Shown: one piece after another, positions 10,488 to 18,969 of the stretch | Position numbering within the stretch: position 1 is the first letter of the stretch | Layout: the number at the start of each line of letters is the position of its first letter | Source of the DNA: an uncultured Actinomycetota bacterium | GTDB lineage: Bacteria > Actinomycetota > Actinomycetes > JAHEKZ01 | DNA length: 64,000 bases | Assembly: GCA_963718235.1 (NCBI GenBank) | Contig: CAVQYR010000001.1 | Span: 128,001 to 192,000 of the forward strand | Direction of reading: 5' to 3' | The notes under the pieces: model-generated | The model's database searches: none | What the model saw: the letters and a program-made list of their open reading frames with translations, nothing else | What the model was told of the DNA's origin: nothing | Position numbers and translations under genes: made by a program

Positions 10488-11620
10488 GACCCGTCCCCTG
10501 GAAGCCACAGCCCGAGAACTGAGGGAGCAACCGTACGACGGATGACAGCGTGGAGGTCGACGTACACCTGGTCGGAGTCGACCTCGTCGCGCAGCCGGAC
10601 CGCGAACTCCTCGACCGCCCGCTCGGCGTCGTAGCGCGACCGGTCGAACCTGCGGTCCACCACCGACCGCACCCGAGACAACAACGGACGGAACAGCGCA
10701 GCCGCCGCCAACGTCGCCGCCGCTACCGCAAGATCGTTGGCCTCCGGCAGCAGCTGAGGTACTGCCCAGACCACCGAGACGTACACCACCAGAAGCAGCC
10801 CGGTCACCAACGCGTACGACGTCGTCCGACTGATGATCCGGTCGATCTCGTACAGGCGGTACCTGAGGACAGCGAATCCGATGGCCAGCGGTACCAGCGC
10901 GTAGGCCCCGATCGTCAGGGCCTGCAGGCCAACGGTCAGGGGCGAGTCACCAAAGGCGAGTGAGGTGACAAGGGTCACCCCCCACGTCGACACGAAGACC
11001 GCACCAGCCCACGCGATCCAGCGGATCTGCACCCGCTCTGACGAGCCGGCATGGCGGTAGCGGACGAACACCGAGTAGGCGCTGACCCCGAAGGCGACCG
11101 GGAGAGTCAACAGCACCAGGGGCGCGACTCGGGTCAGCAGAACCGAGTACGTCGGGTTGTTCACCCCCGAGGCCAGCGTCGGCTCCGACCCGGCCACCAC
11201 GAGCGAGGCAACAGCGATCAGCGCGAGGCTGCCCCACGAGAACCACCGCCACCCAGGTGACGGCAACCGACCGTCGGGGAAACGCAGCAGCACCTGGGTG
11301 CCCATGATGCCGAGTGGGGGCACCCAGAACGGCCACCACAGCAACCACCCGACGAGGGCGCCTGTCTCGCCACGGTCGACGAGGAACTGCCCCAAGGCGT
11401 AGGGGACGGCGGGGATGGACCAGAGCATGGCCACGGACAGCAGGATCCAGCCCATGACGTTGTCGGGGCGCCGTAGCGCAAGTACGCCACCAACGGCGGT
11501 GAAGCTGCCGAGCACCGCAATCGAGAACAGGACGTCCGAAGGCCCCGTGGCAAGGAGCATTCCCAGGAGCATCACCGATCCGCCGATCGTGATCATCACC
11601 CAGACTGCGACTCGCCTCAT
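10484..11620 (-). CDS. multi-TM sensor-like membrane protein, array copy 6
   Basis: RRPDNVMGW, FPDGRLPSPGWR, ERVQIRW, LRYRLYEID, RYDAERAVEEFAVRLRDEVD...GLWL. Confidence 0.87.
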   Translation of the reverse strand: MRRVAVWVMITIGGSVMLLGMLLATGPSDVLFSIAVLGSFTAVGGVLALRRPDNVMGWILLSVAMLWSIPAVPYALGQFLVDRGETGALVGWLLWWPFWVPPLGIMGTQVLLRFPDGRLPSPGWRWFSWGSLALIAVASLVVAGSEPTLASGVNNPTYSVLLTRVAPLVLLTLPVAFGVSAYSVFVRYRHAGSSERVQIRWIAWAGAVFVSTWGVTLVTSLAFGDSPLTVGLQALTIGAYALVPLAIGFAVLRYRLYEIDRIISRTTSYALVTGLLLVVYVSVVWAVPQLLPEANDLAVAAATLAAAALFRPLLSRVRSVVDRRFDRSRYDAERAVEEFAVRLRDEVDSDQVYVDLHAVIRRTVAPSVLGLWLPGDGS

Positions 11621-12771
11621 GGGGACCGCGCAATCAGTGAGACACCGGCCACCGTCGGCTGCACCGTGCGGTCGAGCAGAGACAGGAGGTCCTCGCTGAT
11701 CTCACCGCTGTCGACCTCGTCGCGCAGCCGGACCGCGAACTCCTCGACCGCCCGGTCGGCGTCGTAGCGCGACCGGTCGAACCGACGGTCCACCACCCCT
11801 TGCACCCGAGACAGCAACGGACGGAACAAGGCGGCCGCAGCCAACGTCGCTGCAGCCACGGCAAGGTCGTTAGCCTGCGGCAGCAGCTGAGGCACCGCCC
11901 AGACCACCGACACATAGACGACCAGGAGCAGCCCGGTCACCAACGCGTAGGACGTCGTCCGACTGAGGATCCGGTCGATGTCATACAGGTGGAACCGGGT
12001 GATAGCCACCCCTGCGGCGAGCGGAACCGCCGCGAGCGCCGTCCCGTAGAGAAGGTTGGAGACGGCAGCGAGGTCGGTGTACTCGGCGGTCAGGCCGCCA
12101 AGTACCCATCCGAGCACCAGCGCGGGAGCGGCTAGGATCATCCACTTCAGCTGCTGGCGCACCACCCCCTCCGAGCGGCGGAACCTGGCGACGAAGGCAG
12201 CGAGCGCGGTGAGCCCGGCCGCGAGGAGGAACAGCAGGATCGGGCTCTCGCCAGAGCCAGTGGTCAGTCCAAGTGCGGCCACGCCGATGGGGTTTCTCAC
12301 CACGAGTCCCTCGTTCCCGGCCTGGACCTCCGACGCCAGGGCGATCCGACTCGTTGCGGCAACCAGGCCGACCACGACCAGGAACAGCGCCGGTCGCCAT
12401 CCGGGTGACGGCGCACGCCCGGTGGGGAAGATCATCAAGATGACGATGGGGAGCCCGATCGCGGGCACGAAGTACCAGTCGGAGTACCACGACATCAGAC
12501 CCAGCCACGGAGTGGTGGGATCGACGATCTGCTCGGCGTGGTCGCTGATCACCGTGCCTGACGTCCAAAGCAGTCCAACCGCCGAGAACAACCAGCCCAT
12601 GACGTTGCCGGGGCGACGCAGGACCAAGAAGGCACCGACGAGGTACCACGGAGTCACACTGACGAACACGATGTCGGTTCCCGCACCGTTCAGGATGACG
12701 AGCAGGGTCATCGCGAGTCCGAAGACAGCGATGGCTGCACCGCCGACACGCCCGACGAGCCTCGACGTCAT
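11617..12771 (-). CDS. multi-TM sensor-like membrane protein, array copy 5
   Basis: RRPGNVMGW, FPTGRAPSPGWRP, RQQLKW, FHLYDID, RYDADRAVEEFAVRLRDEVD; ATG 12771 overlaps upstream stop. Confidence 0.87.
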   Translation of the reverse strand: MTSRLVGRVGGAAIAVFGLAMTLLVILNGAGTDIVFVSVTPWYLVGAFLVLRRPGNVMGWLFSAVGLLWTSGTVISDHAEQIVDPTTPWLGLMSWYSDWYFVPAIGLPIVILMIFPTGRAPSPGWRPALFLVVVGLVAATSRIALASEVQAGNEGLVVRNPIGVAALGLTTGSGESPILLFLLAAGLTALAAFVARFRRSEGVVRQQLKWMILAAPALVLGWVLGGLTAEYTDLAAVSNLLYGTALAAVPLAAGVAITRFHLYDIDRILSRTTSYALVTGLLLVVYVSVVWAVPQLLPQANDLAVAAATLAAAALFRPLLSRVQGVVDRRFDRSRYDADRAVEEFAVRLRDEVDSGEISEDLLSLLDRTVQPTVAGVSLIARSP

Positions 12772-13970
12772 GATCTGCCCCCTCCGGCCAGCCACAGCCC
12801 GGAGCGGGCAGGCTGAACCGTCCGGTGCAACACGTCGAGCAGGTCGTCGCTCACCTCGCTGGGGTCCACCTCGTGAAGCAGCCGGGCTGCGAACCCCTCG
12901 ACCGCCCGGCTGGCGTCGAACTGCTCGCGGTTGAACCGACGGTTGACCAGCCGCTGCGCCCAACCCAGGACGGGTCGGAACACGGTAGCCGCGGCCAGGG
13001 TCGCTGCTGCAACCTGCAAGGCGTTGGACCTCGGCAGCGGGATCGACACCGCGTACACGACCGCGAGGTACACCGCGACAAGGGCCACGGTCACCAGCAG
13101 GTACGCAGTGGTGCGACCGATGATCCGGTCGATGTCGTACAGGTGGTACCGCAGGATCGCCACACCGCAGGAGATGGGGATCAGCAACATGATCAGGATG
13201 AACGTGAAGTCACCCAGAACCGAGTCGACCCACCCGGTGACGAGACCCCCCAGCATGATGTGCAGGGGAACCAGGAGGATCACGAAGGCGAACAGCCGCA
13301 TCTGCAGGCGCTCCACACCGGTGGACCGCCACGTGCGCAGCACGACTGACCAGACCCCCGCAAGTCCGCAGAAGAGCAACAGCAGAACGCCCGCAGGCGC
13401 GGCCCACGACTGGGAGGCGGCTATCGCATCGGATACGACGGGTGGTGAAAGCGGGTTGGCCACGGTCCACGCGTTCGGGTCCTCACCCGGAAGCCCGATG
13501 TCGAGCGTGGGATAGAGCGCGACCAGGACCGTCGCCCCCACCGTGGCGCCGGCAGACAGCCGCAGTACCCACCGCCACCGGTTCGAGGCAACCCCCGTCG
13601 GGTAGAGCAGGAAGGTGAACGTGGTCGCCAGCATCAGGAGTGGGAGCCAGGCCCAGCTGTAGATCCAGGCGCTTGCCACCCCCCACCAGGGCGCAGGGGG
13701 ACCGGCCTCCAGAACCCTCTCCAGGACAGCGCCTGTGGCACCCACAAGCGCGAGCAGCGCCGCGATCTGCATGAAGACCCAGCCGATCGCATTCTCCGGA
13801 CGTCGCCGGGTCACGACCGCCCCGACCGCGGCGTACACGAGGACAGTGACCGGCTCCAGGACGTCGTCGGCGGTGTACTGCTGGTGGGCGAACAGGCTGA
13901 CGGCGCACCCGAGGATCGCCACGAGCACCATCGGCCACCAGCTCAGGCGCAGAGCAGATTGGCGCCTCAT
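12768..13970 (-). CDS. multi-TM sensor-like membrane protein, array copy 4
   Basis: RRPENAIGW, YPTG..S.RWR, GVERLQMRLF, ILRYHLYDID, NRRFNREQFDA...GLWL. Confidence 0.87.
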   Translation of the reverse strand: MRRQSALRLSWWPMVLVAILGCAVSLFAHQQYTADDVLEPVTVLVYAAVGAVVTRRRPENAIGWVFMQIAALLALVGATGAVLERVLEAGPPAPWWGVASAWIYSWAWLPLLMLATTFTFLLYPTGVASNRWRWVLRLSAGATVGATVLVALYPTLDIGLPGEDPNAWTVANPLSPPVVSDAIAASQSWAAPAGVLLLLFCGLAGVWSVVLRTWRSTGVERLQMRLFAFVILLVPLHIMLGGLVTGWVDSVLGDFTFILIMLLIPISCGVAILRYHLYDIDRIIGRTTAYLLVTVALVAVYLAVVYAVSIPLPRSNALQVAAATLAAATVFRPVLGWAQRLVNRRFNREQFDASRAVEGFAARLLHEVDPSEVSDDLLDVLHRTVQPARSGLWLAGGGRS

Positions 13971-15166
13971 CGCTTCGGCTCGTTCAGCCAGAGGCCAGCC
14001 GCCGAGGGTTGGACCGTTCGAGCCAGCACGCCCAGCAGGTCACTGGACACGGCACTCGAGTCGACCTCGTCGCGCAGTCGGGACGCGAACTGCTCCAGCG
14101 CGACCTCGGCGTCGAAGCGTTCCCGGTTGAACCGGCGGTCCACCACCCGTCGGGCCCAGTGCAGCACCGGGCGGAAGGCTGCGGCCGCGACCAGGGTCGC
14201 GACCGCCACCTGCAGGGCGTTGGACCGCGGCAGCGGGATCGACACCGCAGCGACCACGAGGAGGTACAGGCCGACCAAGGCACCGGAGACCAGCAGGTAC
14301 GCGGTGGTGCGCCCGATGATCCGATCGATGTCATAGAGGTGATAGCGAAGAACCGCGACGCCGCAGGCGACCGGAATGCACGTCAGTGCAATCGTGAAAG
14401 TGAGGTTGCCGAGCTGGGAGTTGCCGAAACCGGAGAACGTCTCCGAGACCAGGATCTGTAGCGGAACCAGCACGATCGCCGCCGCGAAGAGCCGCATCTG
14501 CAGTCGCTCCACGCCCCGCGCTCGCCAGGTGCGCCAGACCACGGATCCAACAGCGGCGACACCACAGAGCAGCCCCACGAGAACCGGGGCGAGAAACCAG
14601 CCCGACTCGTTGTCCCCATCGCTTATGCCGGCGAGGAACCACGAAGACAGCGGGTTGGCGATCGTGATGGGCGTCTCGGAGTCCGTGATCCATTGCAGGT
14701 CGAGCGTGGGGTCCAGCATTCCGAACAGGGTGGCTGTCACCGTTCCTGCGACCGAGAGCCACAGCACGGGACGCCAACGCGGTGAGGGAAGCCCGTTCGG
14801 GAACAGCAAGAAGGTGAAGGTGGTGGAGAGCATGAACAGCGGGTACCAGAACCAGTTGCCATACCAGGCTGCCAGCACGCCCCACCACGGAACCGGTGGT
14901 CCGGCCTCCAGCACCGCCTGGGTCCCCACATCGCTGAGACCAGTGAGACTGGCCAGCAGACCGACGAGCAGGAACAGCCATCCGATGGGGTTCGTGGGGC
15001 GTTGCCTCGCGACTACGGCTCCGACCAGCGCGTAGCCAAGAAAGGCCACCATCACGAGGTCGTCGACCTGGTAGTCCCGGATGAACGGCAGGCTCACCAC
15101 CAGACTCCCGACCGTCGCGACCACGAGAGCCCACCACCAGCCGCGCTGGACGCTTCGGGTGCTCAT
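13967..15166 (-). CDS. multi-TM sensor-like membrane protein, array copy 3
   Basis: RPTNPIGW, FPNGLPSPRWRP, GVERLQMRLF, LRYHLYDID, RLRDEVD...RTVQPSAAGLWL; ATG 15166 overlap. Confidence 0.87.
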   Translation of the reverse strand: MSTRSVQRGWWWALVVATVGSLVVSLPFIRDYQVDDLVMVAFLGYALVGAVVARQRPTNPIGWLFLLVGLLASLTGLSDVGTQAVLEAGPPVPWWGVLAAWYGNWFWYPLFMLSTTFTFLLFPNGLPSPRWRPVLWLSVAGTVTATLFGMLDPTLDLQWITDSETPITIANPLSSWFLAGISDGDNESGWFLAPVLVGLLCGVAAVGSVVWRTWRARGVERLQMRLFAAAIVLVPLQILVSETFSGFGNSQLGNLTFTIALTCIPVACGVAVLRYHLYDIDRIIGRTTAYLLVSGALVGLYLLVVAAVSIPLPRSNALQVAVATLVAAAAFRPVLHWARRVVDRRFNRERFDAEVALEQFASRLRDEVDSSAVSSDLLGVLARTVQPSAAGLWLNEPKR

Positions 15167-16344
15167 GACCGGCTCTCCCGGAGCCACAGGCCCGCCACCG
15201 CGGGCTGGACGGTGCGATCGAGCACGGTGAGCAGGTCACCGCGGATCTCGTCACTGTCGACCTCGTCCCTGAGCCGACCGGCGAACCTCTCCACCGAACG
15301 CTCCGCGTCGTACTGCTCGCGGTTGAACCGACGGTTCACCAGGCGCTGCGCCCAGCCCAGCACCGGCCGGAACAGCGCCGCCGCCGCCAACGTCGCCGCT
15401 GCAACGGCCAGGTCGTTGGACTGCGGGAGCAGCTGGGTCACCGCGGTCACCACCACGGCGTAGACGGCGAGCAGCACCCCTGAGACCAACCCGTACGCAG
15501 TGGTCCGGCCGATGACCCGATCGATGTCGTACAGGTTGTGCCGCAAGATGGCGACCGCGCAGGCGAGCGGGACACACAGGAACGCCGCGGCGAGAACGAC
15601 GTACCGCAGCGTCGAGTACCCATGCTCGGCGAGCCACTGCGCCGGCACGATCGAGAGGATGAGCATCAGGATCGCGAAAGCGAACAGGCGCATCTGCAAC
15701 CGCTCCACGCCCTTCGAGCGCCAAGCACGCTGCAAGGACGAGAAGGCCGACAGCAGCATCAGGACGAAGAGCAGACCCACCCAGAACAGGAAGGAGTTGT
15801 CCAACCCGGCGAAGGTAGGGGATACACCCAGCGGGTTCTGCACGTCGAAAGCGTTCGCACTCCCCTCCTCACCTATCGGGAGTGTTGGGCTCAACGCCGA
15901 GAAGAGCGGACTCAGTGCAATGAGCCCAGCCCCCAGGTACAGCACTGGCCGCCAGCGTGGGGAAGAGAGCCCCGACGGGTAGAGGAGGAACGTGAAGGCG
16001 GTCGAGAGAATGATCAGCGGAAAGGCGACCCCGGCAAGGACCCAGGCCGCGAGATACCCCCACCACTGGAGGGGCGGGCCCTCGACCAGGGCGGCCTGCT
16101 CGCCCACTCGCGCGAGCGCCGTCAGACTCGCGGCCAGCCCTACCCAGAGGAAGAGCCAGCCGATCGGGTTGTCCGGCCGGCGGCGGGCGATCACGGCTCC
16201 GACGGGGGCGTAGGCGATCCACACCGCGAACAGCAGGTCCTCCCCGAAGTAGCCCCGCTTCAGGACCAGCGTGAGCACGACACTCGCACCGATCAGGGTG
16301 ACGAACACCCACCAGCAGGCCGTCTGGAGCTCTCGAAGACTCAC
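15163..16344 (-). CDS. multi-TM sensor-like membrane protein, array copy 2
   Basis: RRPDNPIGW, YPSGLSSPRWRP, GVERLQMRLF, LYDIDRVIGRT, RLRDEVD...RTVQPAVAGLWL; GTG 16344 overlap. Confidence 0.87.
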   Translation of the reverse strand: MSLRELQTACWWVFVTLIGASVVLTLVLKRGYFGEDLLFAVWIAYAPVGAVIARRRPDNPIGWLFLWVGLAASLTALARVGEQAALVEGPPLQWWGYLAAWVLAGVAFPLIILSTAFTFLLYPSGLSSPRWRPVLYLGAGLIALSPLFSALSPTLPIGEEGSANAFDVQNPLGVSPTFAGLDNSFLFWVGLLFVLMLLSAFSSLQRAWRSKGVERLQMRLFAFAILMLILSIVPAQWLAEHGYSTLRYVVLAAAFLCVPLACAVAILRHNLYDIDRVIGRTTAYGLVSGVLLAVYAVVVTAVTQLLPQSNDLAVAAATLAAAALFRPVLGWAQRLVNRRFNREQYDAERSVERFAGRLRDEVDSDEIRGDLLTVLDRTVQPAVAGLWLRESRS

Positions 16345-17474
16345 GGGGCCGGCTCCCGGAGCCACAGACCGGCCGACGCGGGCTGCACGGTGCGGGTCAG
16401 CGCACTCAGGAGCTCCCCCGACACCAGGCTGGGGTCGACCTCGTGCCGCAGTCGCCCGGCGAACTCGTCGACGGTCACCAACGCGTCGTACCGCTCACGG
16501 TTGAACCGTCGGTCGACCACGCGCTGCACGCGCCGCAGGACCGGCCGGAACAGCGCCGCCACCGCCAGCGTCGACGCTGCGACGGCGAGGTCGGAGGACT
16601 CCGGGAGCAGGCTCGAGGCGGCGGCCACCAGCACGGCGTAGACGGCCAGCAGCCCGACGGTCACCAGGCCGTAGGAGATGGTCCGGCTGACCACCCGGTC
16701 GAACTCGTACAGCCGGTAGCGGGTCACCGCGACGCCTATGGCCACCGGCACGGCGTTCAGACCGATCGCAGTCGCTATCGCGTAGACAAGCTCCGGCACG
16801 TCCAAGGCGTTGAACAGCGTGCTGGTGACCAGCAGCGCCACGATCGCAACGCCGACCGCAAGGGCGAACCACCGGTACTGCAGCCGCTCGCTGCCGCGGC
16901 TGCGGCGCCACCGCGCCACCAGGCTCGTCAGGGCGCCCAGCATCAGCAGCGGGACGATCACGAAGCCCTGGTCGTTGAACCACCCGACGACCCCACTCAA
17001 CGCAGGAACGCCGAGTGGGTTGGGCTGTTGGCTGATCTGCAGCGGGAGGGGGTCCACGAGCCCGGCGACGACGACACAGCCGGCTGCGACCGCGGTGGCC
17101 CCGATCAGCAGTCGGGTTCCTGGTGTCTCGGCCCTTCCGGTCGGGAAGAGCACGACGGTCGCGATCAGGGTGACGTAGCCGAGGCGACCCGCCAGCACCA
17201 CCACCAGCTCGAGCCAGACCGACATCTCGCCGACCAGCCCGTACCCCACGAGCAGGATCGCCCAGCACGCCCCGGTGGCCATGAGCAGCCAGCCGATCGC
17301 ATGACCCGGACGCTGCCAGAGGATCAGCGCGCCCACCAACGGGAACCCGATCCAGCTCAGCCCCCACGCGACCCAGAAGGCGTTGCTCGCTGCTGCCCCG
17401 ACCAACAGCCCGATGACAATCGACGCCGTGACGACGGCGAGCGCCGAGCGGCGCAGGACCTCTCGTGTCGGCAC
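16341..17474 (-). CDS. multi-TM sensor-like membrane protein, array copy 1 (first transcribed)
   Basis: QRPGHAIGW, FPTGR, GSERLQYRW, TRYRLYEFDRVVSRT, RLRHEVD...RTVQPASAGLWL; start GTG 17474 inferred. Confidence 0.83.
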   Translation of the reverse strand: MPTREVLRRSALAVVTASIVIGLLVGAAASNAFWVAWGLSWIGFPLVGALILWQRPGHAIGWLLMATGACWAILLVGYGLVGEMSVWLELVVVLAGRLGYVTLIATVVLFPTGRAETPGTRLLIGATAVAAGCVVVAGLVDPLPLQISQQPNPLGVPALSGVVGWFNDQGFVIVPLLMLGALTSLVARWRRSRGSERLQYRWFALAVGVAIVALLVTSTLFNALDVPELVYAIATAIGLNAVPVAIGVAVTRYRLYEFDRVVSRTISYGLVTVGLLAVYAVLVAAASSLLPESSDLAVAASTLAVAALFRPVLRRVQRVVDRRFNRERYDALVTVDEFAGRLRHEVDPSLVSGELLSALTRTVQPASAGLWLREPAP

Positions 17475-17485
17475 GGGGGAGCGAA

Positions 17486-18253
17486 CTACCGAGCAGCCCG
17501 ATGAGGTCGCAGCATCCGCAGGGGAGCGGTGAGGATGTGCAGCCCCGAGCGGATCCCGGAGTTGTGCCAGATGTTGCGCCAGTTCGACCACAGCCGCTTG
17601 TGGTCGACGCAGACCGTCTCCTCGGCGACCTCGACGTCCGGGATGCCGTAGTGCGCCGCGAGGTTGTGCAACGTGCCCATCCAGAAGACGTCTTCCTTGC
17701 GCTTGGCCACCGGCCAGGCCATCTCCCACAGCGGGTCGTTGGGACGGATCAGGATCTTGATCTCGACCCGGGTGCGTTCGTCACGCTCCTCGGCAGAGAA
17801 CGTGATCATGCCCGCGAACATGTGGCCCTCAGGGGTCATGAAGGTGAACGACTCGTCGTCGGCGTAGAGGACCAGGATCCCCGTAGCCAGCTTGGGGCCA
17901 TGACTTGCTATGCCGACTTCGATGGGCGCGACGTCGCCCGGTTCGATTCCGGTGAGCGTGTTGTGGAACACACTGCCCGGCGGCCAGTAGTCGCCGAAGT
18001 TGACCTTCCAGTCACTCACGAGTGCACGCGCGCCCACGACATTCCCGAGATCGGCCGAGTAGGTGCGCTGCCACAGGCGACCGAACCCCTGCTGGGGACC
18101 TGTCACCTTCTTGCCCGTGATGTTGTAGCCGACCGAAGCCTTCTCGTCCGGTGCGGCCAACCGGTCGACCTTGGTCGCCCAGTTGCCGGCGTCGCGCGGG
18201 ACGACGGGTTCGCTGCTGGGGGCTGGAGTGGTCATGTCGGTCTCCTCGCTCAC
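17486..18253 (-). CDS. hypothetical soluble protein, possibly DUF1990/SRPBCC-like
   Basis: Globular-looking Trp-rich sequence; FTFMTPEGHMFAGMITF recalls the DUF1990 GH motif; GTGA-coupled to STAS gene. Confidence 0.6.
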   Translation of the reverse strand: MSEETDMTTPAPSSEPVVPRDAGNWATKVDRLAAPDEKASVGYNITGKKVTGPQQGFGRLWQRTYSADLGNVVGARALVSDWKVNFGDYWPPGSVFHNTLTGIEPGDVAPIEVGIASHGPKLATGILVLYADDESFTFMTPEGHMFAGMITFSAEERDERTRVEIKILIRPNDPLWEMAWPVAKRKEDVFWMGTLHNLAAHYGIPDVEVAEETVCVDHKRLWSNWRNIWHNSGIRSGLHILTAPLRMLRPHRAAR

Positions 18254-18600
18254 GCCGATGCCAAGGCTGCAGCGGCATCAGGATGAAGGGCGATCGCCTC
18301 ATCGAGGCGGGTCAGCTCGAAGATCTGCCGGTAGTGGTCGGTGAGCCCGACAGCGGCCAGCTTCTGCTGCTGCCGGTTGGCCCGTACGAGCAGCGTGACG
18401 AGCATGCCGATGCCACCACTGTTCATGTAGGTCAGGCCGGTGAAGTCCAGCACGATGAACCTCGTGCCGGGGGCGCATGCCTCCTCGTAGGCCGACATCA
18501 GCACCGGCTCACAGGCTGCGGTGACATCGCCCGCAATCTCGATGACTGCCGTCCCGTCGACCGGGTGGTGGACCGTCATGGTTACGTCCGGATCAGGCAT
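18250..18600 (-). CDS. STAS-domain anti-sigma factor antagonist
   Basis: 116 aa; IEIAGDV, IVLDFTGLTYMNSGGIGML, IFELTRL. Confidence 0.92.
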   Translation of the reverse strand: MPDPDVTMTVHHPVDGTAVIEIAGDVTAACEPVLMSAYEEACAPGTRFIVLDFTGLTYMNSGGIGMLVTLLVRANRQQQKLAAVGLTDHYRQIFELTRLDEAIALHPDAAAALASA

Positions 18601-18618
18601 GGTGTTCCCTTTCGCCGA

Positions 18619-18969
18619 TCATGCGGTCGCGGAGCCGACAGCGGCGTCCACGTCGGAGAAAACCTGGATGAAGTCCGACAGTCGGGTGATGTCGAAGACG
18701 TGTCGGTAGTGCTCGGTGAGACCGGCGGCATGCACCGCGCGACGGTCGGCGCGGGCTCGCCCCAGCAGACTCACGATCAGGGCGATTCCGGTTGAGTTGA
18801 TGTAGTCGACGGCGTTGAAGTCGAGGACGACCGTGGTCGGATCGCTCGCGACGGCAGCGTCATAGGAGCTCGCCAGAGCGGTTGCGGCTTCACGGTCGAC
18901 CTGTCCGGTCAACACGATCACGACCGTCGACGATGCTGGGTAGGCCGCTACCTCGTAGCCGGTGATCAT
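18619..18969 (-). CDS. STAS-domain anti-sigma factor antagonist
   Basis: 116 aa; LTGQVD, VVLDFNAVDYINSTGIALI, VFDITRL. Confidence 0.92.
   Translation of the reverse strand: MITGYEVAAYPASSTVVIVLTGQVDREAATALASSYDAAVASDPTTVVLDFNAVDYINSTGIALIVSLLGRARADRRAVHAAGLTEHYRHVFDITRLSDFIQVFSDVDAAVGSATA

Noticed and set aside
8134-17474. Receptor array as pseudogenised or frameshifted histidine kinases
   Set aside because: All eight ORFs are intact, end at the same motif and overlap the next start codon; no kinase remnants lie between them.
8134-17474. Shufflon or diversity-generating retroelement explanation for the array
   Set aside because: No recombinase, invertase or reverse transcriptase in the window, and all copies are full genes in the same orientation.
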